Assembly: GCA_900769985.1 (NCBI GenBank)
Contig: CAAGIS010000064.1
Coordinates: 112,427-176,426, forward strand
Origin: Spirochaetia bacterium
GTDB lineage: Bacteria; Spirochaetota; Spirochaetia; Treponematales; Treponemataceae
Direction of reading: 5' to 3'
Length of the DNA: 64,000 nt
The position numbers and the translations under genes are program-made. The notes below the pieces were generated by a model that ran no database searches, was not told the DNA's origin, and saw only the letters and a program-made list of their open reading frames with translations. Positions 28,999-38,040 of this stretch are shown piece by piece (position 1 is the stretch's first letter; each line of letters starts with the position of its first letter).

Positions 28999-30189
28999 TT
29001 GCATATAGCAGTAATTTTAATAGTTACATTTTTAATAATCTTACTCATCACAAGGCTTATCCGCTTTTTTGGTCCTCAGATAAAATTCTGCACTGAAGGG
29101 CTGGATCAGAAGTTTTCTCTTTCAGAAATACTTACTTTATGGAAACTTGCCCGAATGTGCGATTTGGAAGAGCCGGTAACTTTATATTATTCTGTTCCGT
29201 CGCTGTCACGCTGCATAACTCATATTATTGAAGACTCGCAAGCAAAAGGAACTCAAGATTCACCTAAAGTGCAGGAGTTTCTTTCAAAGCTTTATAAATA
29301 CCGTACGCGAATTGAACTTGACGCAGATCAGAAAAAAGGTCTTGATTCTACAAAACGTCTTGATAAAGGTCAGAAACTCAGGATTATTCTTTCAGGCAAA
29401 GGTCTGTTTGAATCTGAAATTTTAAACAACGGGCGAGATTTAATCATAAAGCTTCCGACTCAAAAAGGTGTATTAAAACTTAAAGGCGATGAGTGGACAG
29501 ATCAGGAAATAAACGTATATCTCTGGCGAAAAGGCGATGCAAATTACGTTTTTGACTCCCGCGTCTTAAGCAGCGGTGTTTTTAACGGTCAGTCAGCGCT
29601 TTACATTACTCATTCAGAAAAAATGCTCAGGGCGCAGAAACGCCGCTCCGTAAGGTGTGAGTGTCATGTGCCGGCTCAGCTTTACATAATAAAAGAAAAA
29701 ATCATTAATTATTCGACAATTGAAACAGCTCCAGGCTATCGTTGTGTACTCGAAGACATTTCAGAAGACGGTGCAATGATTAGAATCGGAGGAAAAGGAG
29801 TTGCAAACATAAACATAAAACTCCAGTTTGAACTTGAAAATTCGTTTATCATTATGTTCGGAACTATAAAGGCAGTTGAATACAACGCTTCAATCAATCA
29901 GTCACGGCTTCATTTTGAATGTGTACATGTAGACCCGGCAATGAAAAATTTTATCCTCAGTTTTGTCTACAAAGTAATTCCTGAAAAACAAAAAGAAATC
30001 CTTGAAGCTTTAAAGGAAACTGAAAACGATGCAAAAGCAGCCGGAGACAATCTTACAGACAAAAATGTATCTTCTGAGAAAAATGACGGTTTAAATAACA
30101 GTGAAACAATAAATGATGATACAGCTTCAGACGTAAATGATGTATCAGACGAGTCTGACCTTGATTTTCCGATTTCGGAAGATGTATAG
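28999..30189 (+). CDS. PilZ-domain (YcgR-like) c-di-GMP receptor
   Basis: QKRRSVR and DISEDG match RxxxR and DxSxxG; N-terminal TM; acidic tail; TTG start after GAGG. Confidence 0.85.
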   Translation: MHIAVILIVTFLIILLITRLIRFFGPQIKFCTEGLDQKFSLSEILTLWKLARMCDLEEPVTLYYSVPSLSRCITHIIEDSQAKGTQDSPKVQEFLSKLYKYRTRIELDADQKKGLDSTKRLDKGQKLRIILSGKGLFESEILNNGRDLIIKLPTQKGVLKLKGDEWTDQEINVYLWRKGDANYVFDSRVLSSGVFNGQSALYITHSEKMLRAQKRRSVRCECHVPAQLYIIKEKIINYSTIETAPGYRCVLEDISEDGAMIRIGGKGVANINIKLQFELENSFIIMFGTIKAVEYNASINQSRLHFECVHVDPAMKNFILSFVYKVIPEKQKEILEALKETENDAKAAGDNLTDKNVSSEKNDGLNNSETINDDTASDVNDVSDESDLDFPISEDV

Positions 30190-30210
30190 CTTTTATCAGG
30201 AGAACGTATT

Positions 30211-31383
30211 ATGAAAAAAATTATTGCATTGTTATATCCTGTTTTTATTATTCTGATGCCGCTTTCTGCACAGTATGCAGAAAATGATGCGGAAATAAAA
30301 TTTATCAAAGGGAACATACAGGATAAAATTGAATGCGTAAAAGATACCGGCAATGACAGTTCTTCAAAAATTGCCGTAAAGGCACTAGATTTCATACTTG
30401 AAAATTTAGTATTACTGCAGAATGACAGAGATTTTGCAAGCCTTTCAGTTGCAAGTATTCTGGCATATCCTGTTTTAGAATTTGAAAATGAACCTGTTTT
30501 GACAGTACAAAAATTTGCCGCTGTTTTCTACAGACTTAAAGATGAAAACGTAAGGATAAGTACTCTTGAAAAAATCATGACACTGTCAAAAAACTTAAAA
30601 AATGATGAAGCTGTCAAATTCGTAAATACTTATTTATATTCAGCAATGCAGGATAAAATCAGATATACAGCAGTAGAGCAGAAAGCTATACAGGTTTTAT
30701 CTCAAATAGGAAATGACGAATCGTTTTTAATACTTTATCAGGCAATAAAAAATAATGTCTGGAACGATGCCTCTGTTGAACTGAGAAATTCAATTCTGAA
30801 TTTGGCAGAAAATTCTGCAAGACAGATAAATGAAATAATTGCAAAGGCAGATTTTAAGGAAATGGAATTGATTTATTCAATTTTCCTTAAAAATTCGCAG
30901 ATTTCTTCAAGTTTTAAATCAGAAATGGCGGAAAATTTGCTAACAAATAGTATGATAATAGTCAGAGATTCTTCAAAGATATCAAAGGAAATTTCTGACT
31001 TTCAGCTGAACAACTGCAAAATCCTTTACGACAATAACTGGACAAGAAGTTCTGAACTTGTCTGCTCTTATTTTGAAGTTGCAAAAAGTCAGTTTACGGC
31101 TGGTTTTTTAACAGAAGAGGAATTCTGTCAGGTTATAAAATACGTAGAAAAAATATCGTCAAAAGATTCAGTCAGTATTTTTACCAGGTATCTTGGAGAA
31201 CTTAACAAGGAGATGGACAACGGAAATCTCCCGGCAGTAAACATAGTTTCTGCTTTAATACAATCTCTTGGAGCTTTGGGTGACAAATCTGCATTTGACT
31301 GTCTTTTATACACGACTTATTTAAATTATCCTGAAAACATTGTTGCTCAGGCTCGAAGTGCACTTTCGAGTCTAAAATGGTAA
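30211..31383 (+). CDS. Exported alpha-helical (HEAT-repeat-like) protein
   Basis: Signal peptide; LSQIGN and SLGALGDKSAFD..ARSAL HEAT-like motifs. Confidence 0.6.
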   Translation: MKKIIALLYPVFIILMPLSAQYAENDAEIKFIKGNIQDKIECVKDTGNDSSSKIAVKALDFILENLVLLQNDRDFASLSVASILAYPVLEFENEPVLTVQKFAAVFYRLKDENVRISTLEKIMTLSKNLKNDEAVKFVNTYLYSAMQDKIRYTAVEQKAIQVLSQIGNDESFLILYQAIKNNVWNDASVELRNSILNLAENSARQINEIIAKADFKEMELIYSIFLKNSQISSSFKSEMAENLLTNSMIIVRDSSKISKEISDFQLNNCKILYDNNWTRSSELVCSYFEVAKSQFTAGFLTEEEFCQVIKYVEKISSKDSVSIFTRYLGELNKEMDNGNLPAVNIVSALIQSLGALGDKSAFDCLLYTTYLNYPENIVAQARSALSSLKW

Positions 31384-32645
31384 AAAAAAACATTGACTTT
31401 ATTTTTCTCAGTTCTGTTATTCTTGCGGTGTGCGTTTATGCAAAAATAATTCCGTTACCGCAGAATAGTAAAATTGAATCCCTTTTTTGTCCAGATGAAA
31501 TTACAGTATTGGAAGGAACAATAGTCTCTAATCCTGTAAAAGTTTCTGACAAATATTATTCAGCACTGCTTAAAACAAAAAGCTGCAAGAACTTAAAAAA
31601 TTCATTTTCTTCCTGTAAGGGGTTGCAGACTGTGTTTATACCAGCTTCATTAATTGAAGCTCATTATCCCGGAAAATTATTTTCAAAAGCAGAAAACATA
31701 AACTCAAATATTCTGCCTGTCGAAAAAGGCATACAATTTTCTGCTGTTGTCAAAAACTCTGCATCAAAAACAGGTTCTTCATTTTTTATAGTTGAAAAAA
31801 TAAATTCGAGTTATTTTGAAAAAACTTTCTTTAGCAAAATTAAAAAGAGCAGGGCGCTCTGCCGTATTCAATTTAAAAGGCTCATGTCATGCTGGGGTAA
31901 GGCCGGAAGCCTGCTTTTAGCATTACTTACAGGTTCAAGGGAATATCTTGAAAAATCATTCAGCAATTCTTTTAAATTTTCAGGTCTTTCGCATATTCTT
32001 GCGCTTTCTGGAATGCACCTGACTGCAATTTCTTCTCTTGCTGGAGTCATTGAAAAACGAACAGCATTAAAAAAAGCCGGGATATTAATTCAGTTTTCTG
32101 TCATTACTCTGTTCGTCTGGTTTGCAGGATTTTCTCCTTCGCTTTTAAGGGCGTTTATAACATATATTCTGCTTGCTTTATGTTCACTTTTTAACATAAA
32201 AATAAAAAGCCGCCTGTCTGTATTGTCGTGTACTTTTTTGATTCATTCAATAATTTCGCCATTAGATTTGTATAATACCGGATTTCTGCTTTCTTACGGC
32301 GCTTTAAGCGGAATCTTACTTTTATCGCCTGTAATAAATTCTGCAACATCAAAATATATTCCTGCATCTATTTCTGACAGCCTGAGTGCTTCCATAAGCG
32401 CAAACTGCTTTACTTTTCCAGTATCAGTAAAAACTTTCGGTTTTTTCAGTCCTGCAGGAATAATCTGTACGCTGTTTGTTTCTCCTATAATCACGCTCTT
32501 TTTATACGCAGGAATCGTTTTAATACTCCTCTCGTTTTTATTTCCGCCAATCAGCCTTTTTTCAAACATCTTACTAAACTGCGTATACAGCATAATAGAA
32601 AAAACCGTAAACTTATGGAGTTTCATTCCAGTCATCAAATTTTAA
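31377..32645 (+). CDS. comEC: ComEC/Rec2-family competence channel (short form, no MBL domain)
   Basis: ALLTG, F..SGLSHILALSGMH, PSLLRA, GFLLSY. Confidence 0.85.
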   Translation: MVKKNIDFIFLSSVILAVCVYAKIIPLPQNSKIESLFCPDEITVLEGTIVSNPVKVSDKYYSALLKTKSCKNLKNSFSSCKGLQTVFIPASLIEAHYPGKLFSKAENINSNILPVEKGIQFSAVVKNSASKTGSSFFIVEKINSSYFEKTFFSKIKKSRALCRIQFKRLMSCWGKAGSLLLALLTGSREYLEKSFSNSFKFSGLSHILALSGMHLTAISSLAGVIEKRTALKKAGILIQFSVITLFVWFAGFSPSLLRAFITYILLALCSLFNIKIKSRLSVLSCTFLIHSIISPLDLYNTGFLLSYGALSGILLLSPVINSATSKYIPASISDSLSASISANCFTFPVSVKTFGFFSPAGIICTLFVSPIITLFLYAGIVLILLSFLFPPISLFSNILLNCVYSIIEKTVNLWSFIPVIKF

Positions 32646-32652
32646 TTCCATC

Positions 32653-32930
32653 CGAGTTAAATCCATGTTTGTAAACAATTGAAATCTACAAACACTGACA
32701 TAGAGTTTTGCCCATGCAAAACTCGTAGCGCGAGTTAAATCCATGTTTGTAAACAACTGAAATCTACAAACACTGACATAGAGTTTTGCCCATGCAAAAC
32801 TCGTAGCGCGAGTTAAATCCATGTTTGTAAACAATTGAAATCTACAAACACTGACATAGAGTTTTGCCCATGCAAAACTCGTAGCGCGAGTTAAATTCAT
32901 GTTTGTAAACAATTGAAATTTACGAGCGCC
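32653..32930. repeat. Structured tandem repeat, ~3.5 units, period 78 bp (family A, copy 2)
   Basis: CGAGTTAAAT recurs at 32653, 32731, 32809 and 32887; units are almost identical with no spacers. Confidence 0.95.
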
Positions 32931-32932
32931 CA

Positions 32933-32962
32933 TTGACCAAAAATACCTTTTTCTGCTATTAT
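32933..32962 (+). promoter_or_regulatory. Promoter of the rpsF operon
   Basis: TTGACC-18 nt-TATTAT with extended -10 (TGC TATTAT). Confidence 0.65.
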
Positions 32963-32973
32963 TAACAGACTAA

Positions 32974-33015
32974 CCCCCTTGAAACTATGTATATAGTTTC
33001 CATGACCATAAGGAG
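32974..33015 (+). promoter_or_regulatory. S6:S18 ribosomal protein leader-like element
   Basis: CCCTTG pairs with the SD TAAGGAG; inner hairpin GAAACTAT/ATAGTTTC; unpaired CCA (CCR) just 5' of the SD. Confidence 0.7.
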
Positions 33016-33020
33016 AAATT

Positions 33021-33305
33021 ATGAGAAAGTATGAACTTATGACTATCTTCCCATTAGATGAAGATAAGTATAAGAAAGGTTCAGATGCTGTACGCGCTGT
33101 CCTTTCTCAATTTGGTGCCGAAATCGAAAAAGAAGAACCTTTCGGCGATCGTGATCTTACATACGTTGTAAAAAAACAGAAAAGAGGTCGCTTTGTTCTG
33201 TTTAATATCAAAGTAAATCCTGGAAAACTCGTAGAAATTGATACTCAGTTCAAATTGAATCCTGAACTTATCAAATACATGTTTGTACAGATTGAAGAAA
33301 AATAA
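33021..33305 (+). CDS. rpsF: 30S ribosomal protein S6
   Basis: MRKYELMTI, G.RDLTY.VKK..RG; first gene of rpsF-ssb-rpsR. Confidence 0.95.
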   Translation: MRKYELMTIFPLDEDKYKKGSDAVRAVLSQFGAEIEKEEPFGDRDLTYVVKKQKRGRFVLFNIKVNPGKLVEIDTQFKLNPELIKYMFVQIEEK

Positions 33306-33347
33306 GTTTCTATCTATTCCGCAGAACATTTTTTAAGGAGGATGTTT

Positions 33348-33839
33348 ATGACAGATGTAAACCGTGTAAATATAATAGGACGACTTACTCGTGATATTGC
33401 TTCAGATGAGCGTTCTTTTGCATATCTTCCGAATGGAACTGCAAGAGCAAATGTGAGCATCGCAGTAAACAGAAGCCGTAAAAATGGTGATCAGTGGGTA
33501 GATGAAGTAAGTTACTTTGATGTAACTATTTGGGGTAAGACAGCAGAAAATTTAAAGCCATATTTAACTAAAGGCAAGCAAATTGCTGTTGATGGTTATC
33601 TGAGACAAGACCGTTGGGAAAAAGACGGTCAAAAAAACAGCCGTATTGTAATTATTGCAGAGAATGTCCAGTTATTAGGCGGAAAATCGGAAAACGGAGG
33701 TGGTTTTGATCAGCCATCAGGGGGTTTTGCTCCGAAATTCCAGCCAAGACAGACAGCTCCAATGACCAATGCGCCGTCTCCAATGGACGATATTCCATAC
33801 GGAGAAGATAACACTTTCCCTGAAGATATTCCGTTTTAA
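33348..33839 (+). CDS. ssb: Single-stranded DNA-binding protein
   Basis: NRV.IIGRLTRD, WGKTAE, C-terminal EDIPF; SD AGGAGG. Confidence 0.97.
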   Translation: MTDVNRVNIIGRLTRDIASDERSFAYLPNGTARANVSIAVNRSRKNGDQWVDEVSYFDVTIWGKTAENLKPYLTKGKQIAVDGYLRQDRWEKDGQKNSRIVIIAENVQLLGGKSENGGGFDQPSGGFAPKFQPRQTAPMTNAPSPMDDIPYGEDNTFPEDIPF

Positions 33840-33855
33840 TTAATAGGAGATTATT

Positions 33856-34194
33856 ATGTCAGACGAAACAATTGATACACAGTCTGTAGAAGATAAAGAT
33901 CAGGCAATGATGGAAAGCAGCGAAGTTAATCTTGCAGAAGCAGGACGTGAAGGCGAAAGCCGCATGGCTCGCGGAAAAGGAAAAACTTTCTTTAGAAAAA
34001 AAGTATGCCGTTTCTGTGCTAACAAAGCAAAAATCGATTACAAAGATGCAGACGGACTTCGCCGCTTCACAACAGAAAGAGGAAAGATTCTTCCTCGCCG
34101 TATTACAGGAACTTGTGCAAAACACCAGAGAGAACTTGCCCGAGAAATCAAAAGAGCACGTTCAATTTGTCTTTTGCCGTTTGTTGCTGACTAG
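33856..34194 (+). CDS. rpsR: 30S ribosomal protein S18 (Zn-binding form, acidic N-terminal extension)
   Basis: [31 protein letters not shown]. Confidence 0.97.
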   Translation: MSDETIDTQSVEDKDQAMMESSEVNLAEAGREGESRMARGKGKTFFRKKVCRFCANKAKIDYKDADGLRRFTTERGKILPRRITGTCAKHQRELAREIKRARSICLLPFVAD

Positions 34195-34208
34195 TTTTTT
34201 TAATATTT

Positions 34209-34260
34209 AGGTATTACGATCCAACTCCTGGTGACGTAATGCCTTATAATAATAGGAGTT
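34209..34260 (+). promoter_or_regulatory. Putative H-type pseudoknot sequestering the rplI SD
   Basis: Stem AGGTATTACG/CGTAATGCCT; loop AACTCCTG is complementary to the downstream TAGGAGTT. Confidence 0.6.
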
Positions 34261-34264
34261 TGAA

Positions 34265-34792
34265 ATGAAAGTCATTCTTAACGCTGACGTTAAACACCTT
34301 GGAGAAGAAGGTGATGTAAAGACTGTTGCAAACGGATATTACCGCAACTTTCTTTTTCCTCGCAAATTAGCTGTTCCTTATAACGAAGCTACTGTTGCAT
34401 ATTTTGAATCTCGCAAAGCAGAAATCGAAGCAAAAAAAGAAGCTAAAAGAGCTGCTTCTGCAAGCCTCAAGGAAAAACTTGAATCACTTGCTCTTGAAAT
34501 TTCTGTTCCTGCAGGAAGCAATGGAAAACTGTATGGTGCCGTAACTTCACAGTCAGTTATGGACTTGCTTGCAAAAGAAGGTTTTGAAATCGAACGCAAA
34601 AAGATTGAAATTCCTGGAGTTACAATCAAGACAACAGGTAATTACAAAATTACAATTAAATTGTATGAAGCTCAGACTGCAGAAGTTCATCTTAATGTAA
34701 AACCACAGGAAGAAAAAACAGAAGGAACTCCTGCTGCTGCCAAAAAAACAGAAAAAAAAGCTGAATCTCCAAAAGAAGAAAAGGCAGAATAA
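34265..34792 (+). CDS. rplI: 50S ribosomal protein L9
   Basis: MKVIL..DVKHLG..GDV..VANGYYRNFLFP, GKLYGAVT. Confidence 0.97.
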   Translation: MKVILNADVKHLGEEGDVKTVANGYYRNFLFPRKLAVPYNEATVAYFESRKAEIEAKKEAKRAASASLKEKLESLALEISVPAGSNGKLYGAVTSQSVMDLLAKEGFEIERKKIEIPGVTIKTTGNYKITIKLYEAQTAEVHLNVKPQEEKTEGTPAAAKKTEKKAESPKEEKAE

Positions 34793-34811
34793 TAACTGTT
34801 TTTTTAATTTT

Positions 34812-34850
34812 GTAAAGCCGGATTTTATTTTGAAATCCGGCTTTACTTGT
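34812..34850 (+). terminator. Hairpin after rplI (terminator or attenuator before dnaB)
   Basis: 14-bp stem GTAAAGCCGGATTT/AAATCCGGCTTTAC with a weak U tract. Confidence 0.6.
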
Positions 34851-34917
34851 CTAAAGGGAAATTTAGCAGAGAAAGTTCCCGGTAAACTTTCTAACTGGCT
34901 TTTTGGAGATATTTTAA

Positions 34918-36252
34918 ATGCCTTATAATGAATTAAAAGACAAAGTTCCTCCTCATAATCTGGAAGCAGAGCAGGCAACGCTCGGTGCGCTGTTATTGAA
35001 CTGGGATGCCGTTTCAAATGTAATTTCTTTATTAGACTCTCAGAAATTTTATTCTTATCAGAACAGATTGATATACGAAGCAATGATTTCGTTATTCCGT
35101 CAGAACATTCACGGAGATACACTTGCTTTAATCAATGAACTTACAAAAACAGGAAAACTTGAAGAAGCAGGCGGAGCTGCGTACATAGCTTCGCTTACAG
35201 ATTTAGTTCCGACAGCTGCTAATGTTGAATTTTATGCAAAAATAGTTTTAGACCAGTCAATCAGGCGCGAATTAATAAAAATTTCGCAGGACTTAAAATT
35301 AAATGCCTTTGATGAAACAAAAGAAAGCCGCAGCATAATTGAAGAAGCAGAAAAACTTATTTTCACTTTATCAGATAAAAATCAGACTACAAAAGTTTAT
35401 GGAATGCAGGAAATCATAAACAGAACCATAAAAACAATTGATGAACATTATAAAAACAAAAGCAGTTTTACAGGAATTCCGACAGGATTTGGACAGCTTG
35501 ATACGATGACAAGCGGTTTTCAGAATTCTGAACTTATAATTCTTGGAGCACGTCCGTCTATAGGAAAAACTGCAATGGCTCTTTCAATGATGGAACATAT
35601 TGCAATTGACCAGAAAATCCCGTGTGGATTTTTCAGTCTTGAAATGTCGTACGAGATGATAGGGCAGAGGCTGTTAAGTCAGACTGCAAGAATTCCTGGT
35701 CATAAAATAAAAAGTGGAATGTTAAGACAGGACGATTTTGTAAAACTACAAAATGCAGCAGGCAGGTGTTTTCAGGCACCGCTTTATATTGTTGATGTTC
35801 CAAACATGCCGTTGCTTGATTTAAAAGCTATGGCACGGCGGCTTGTAGTAAATCAAGGTGTAAAAATAATTTTCATTGACTATATAGGACTTATTTCTAC
35901 TGATAATCCAAACGCACAAGTGTGGGAACAAGTTTCTGAAATTTCAAAATCACTCAAAGCTTTAGCCCGTGAACTTGGTATTCCTATTGTAGCACTCTGT
36001 CAGGTTGCCCGCGATGCAGAAGGTTCTGAACCAACTCTTGCACAACTTCGCGGTTCTGGAAGTATTGAACAGGATGCCGATGTAGTTATGTTCCTTCACC
36101 GCGACAGGAATAAAACTGCCGACCAGACAGATCCTGTACAGGATGCAAAACTTATTGTTGCAAAACAGAGAAACGGTCCTACAGGAGATATAGAAATACT
36201 CTTCCTTTCCGGTTATACGAAATTTGAAAATAAAATAAAAGATGAACAGTAA
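34918..36252 (+). CDS. dnaB: Replicative DNA helicase
   Basis: PPHNLEAEQ, GARPSIGKT, FSLEM, IDY, LRGSGSIEQDAD, KQRNGPTG. Confidence 0.97.
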   Translation: MPYNELKDKVPPHNLEAEQATLGALLLNWDAVSNVISLLDSQKFYSYQNRLIYEAMISLFRQNIHGDTLALINELTKTGKLEEAGGAAYIASLTDLVPTAANVEFYAKIVLDQSIRRELIKISQDLKLNAFDETKESRSIIEEAEKLIFTLSDKNQTTKVYGMQEIINRTIKTIDEHYKNKSSFTGIPTGFGQLDTMTSGFQNSELIILGARPSIGKTAMALSMMEHIAIDQKIPCGFFSLEMSYEMIGQRLLSQTARIPGHKIKSGMLRQDDFVKLQNAAGRCFQAPLYIVDVPNMPLLDLKAMARRLVVNQGVKIIFIDYIGLISTDNPNAQVWEQVSEISKSLKALARELGIPIVALCQVARDAEGSEPTLAQLRGSGSIEQDADVVMFLHRDRNKTADQTDPVQDAKLIVAKQRNGPTGDIEILFLSGYTKFENKIKDEQ

Positions 36253-36271
36253 AATACTTTTTTCTTTTTAT

Positions 36272-36329
36272 AAAACAAGTTTAATGCTCGTGGCAAAGTG
36301 CCGTAAAAAGCATTAAACCTGTTTTTTTT
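36272..36329. terminator. Probable bidirectional terminator
   Basis: AAAACA..TTTAATGCT / AGCATTAAA..TGTTTT between convergent genes. Confidence 0.6.
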
Positions 36330-36342
36330 GCCTGATGGAAAG

Positions 36343-37995
36343 TTACATTTTTTTTGTCAAATCAGACGGATTTAACGTTATTATTTTATTTGACTTATCA
36401 GTTACAAAAAATCCTTCTGCACTGATAAATATAGGTGTTGCAGGATTTACTTCTACAGAAGATTTTACAGTACATTCAAGATTTGAATTGAATTTTCCGA
36501 CATAACTTTTGCCGTTGTCATTTATAACGCAGTAATAATCTGAGCCTGCCTGAATTAATACTGAATTATCTGCGATTACCTCATGTGATTCAGAAATGAT
36601 TTCAAGGTTGTCTTTGTCAATCTGAACAAGTCTGACAGCACCATTTTTGTTTGTTTCGCCGGCAATTGCAATAAAGTTAGTTCCGTCACGGTATACAGTC
36701 CTGTTTCTGATTACCGTTACAGGAGATGTCTTTAATTCTTCGCCAGTAAGCCTGTTTATTTTTACGATTGCAGAATAAAGATTTTTTGTATCTACAAGTT
36801 TTAAAGCGTAAGCGGCTGTCGTTTCTTCAAGAACCTGCTGAGTTATGACTTCTTTCTGATCTTTTGCAATCTGATTTCTTTCGTTTCCGGCTTCAGTCTG
36901 CTTTTTATCTGCCTTTGCCTGTTCGGTTTCGGCTGTGTTTTTTGCTTCGTTTACAGTTTCCTGCTGTTTTTCTACAGTTTCCTGCTGTTCGTCAGCTTCT
37001 TTTTGAGCCTGCACAGCTTCTTTTGCTGACTGTTCGGCTTCTTTTTGAGCCTGCTCAGCCTGTTTTTGAGCCTGCCTGTCTCCAGGATTTTCCTGTGCCT
37101 GTTTAGCAGCTTCATCTGCTTTTTTCTGAGATTCCTGAGCTGCCTGCTTCTTTTGTTCAGCAGTTTCTTTTTTCTGCTCTAAAATATTTTTTTCTTCTTT
37201 AAGTTTTTCTTCTTCTTTTGTTGCTGTCTTCTGTGCTTCCTGTGCTTTTTGAGATGCCTGTTCAGCTTCCCGTTCTTTTATGTCAACCATATTTTTTCTC
37301 TGGTCAATGCCTTTGTCGTCTTCTTCCTGCATTGATTCGACTACTTTTTTGTCGCTTATAACAGAAGTATCAATCGTACTCAATCCGCCATTTAAATCTG
37401 CAAGCGGAATTACTATCTGAGTTGAACCTGCCCACTGCTTGTAAGATAGTGCAAGACCGGCTTTGTCAGCATCAAGATTTTTTAATACATCATTTTTGTA
37501 TTTACCTTTGAAATATTCAATATTGTTCCTGTAAACTGCATTATAAACAGTCGCAAATGTAGCAATCGTATATGCATCATCGTATTCATAACCATAGGCT
37601 TTGCTCAAATAAGAAGCAATGATGTGCCTGAGATTGCGTATGTGGTCTACACCAGAATTTTTTCCTATGATAAAGATGTCAGCATCAAGCTTTCCTTGTT
37701 CTGAAGAATCAATCGCATGAATTACATAATATCTGTCAGCATTTCCTTTTGAAAAAGGAACGTCTTTGTTAAAACCATCTGCAAGGTCTGAACCTATTGA
37801 ACGGATTTGCTCCAGCGTATCGACTTTTGCATGAGGACCATTGTAATTTTCAAATACAATAGTCTGATTTGAAGTTGATTTTATTTCGTTTTCATCTACT
37901 TCAACAGAAAATACAGCCGATGCAGAAAAAATCAAGACCGAAGTTAAAACAAGTTTTTTTATAAAAACATCAGCTTTTATGAGTGAGTTTTTCAT
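36343..37995 (-). CDS. P83/100-family spirochaetal protein
   Basis: Signal peptide, EVDENEI, FENYNGP, DADIF..VDHIRNLR, YNAVYR and a K/E/Q/A-rich coiled coil. Confidence 0.85.
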   Translation of the reverse strand: MKNSLIKADVFIKKLVLTSVLIFSASAVFSVEVDENEIKSTSNQTIVFENYNGPHAKVDTLEQIRSIGSDLADGFNKDVPFSKGNADRYYVIHAIDSSEQGKLDADIFIIGKNSGVDHIRNLRHIIASYLSKAYGYEYDDAYTIATFATVYNAVYRNNIEYFKGKYKNDVLKNLDADKAGLALSYKQWAGSTQIVIPLADLNGGLSTIDTSVISDKKVVESMQEEDDKGIDQRKNMVDIKEREAEQASQKAQEAQKTATKEEEKLKEEKNILEQKKETAEQKKQAAQESQKKADEAAKQAQENPGDRQAQKQAEQAQKEAEQSAKEAVQAQKEADEQQETVEKQQETVNEAKNTAETEQAKADKKQTEAGNERNQIAKDQKEVITQQVLEETTAAYALKLVDTKNLYSAIVKINRLTGEELKTSPVTVIRNRTVYRDGTNFIAIAGETNKNGAVRLVQIDKDNLEIISESHEVIADNSVLIQAGSDYYCVINDNGKSYVGKFNSNLECTVKSSVEVNPATPIFISAEGFFVTDKSNKIITLNPSDLTKKM

Positions 37996-38040
37996 AAAAC
38001 CTCCATAAAAATAAGTTCTATAATATAATAAACATTCAAA

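Noticed and set aside
32653..32930. CRISPR array (units contain GTTT...ATTGAAA, like some CRISPR repeat ends)
   Set aside because: The whole 78-bp unit repeats with no unique spacers, and there are no cas genes in the window.
32613..32933. 106-aa repeat protein (MDLTRATSFAWAKLYVSVCRFQLFTN)n
   Set aside because: It follows from a period divisible by 3. The homologous locus has a 79-bp period that breaks the frame, there is no SD, and conservation tracks hairpins rather than codons.
36864..37270. Repetitive DNA and the 80-aa plus-strand ORF inside the P83/100 gene
   Set aside because: Explained by the low-complexity K/E/Q/A coiled coil of the protein.
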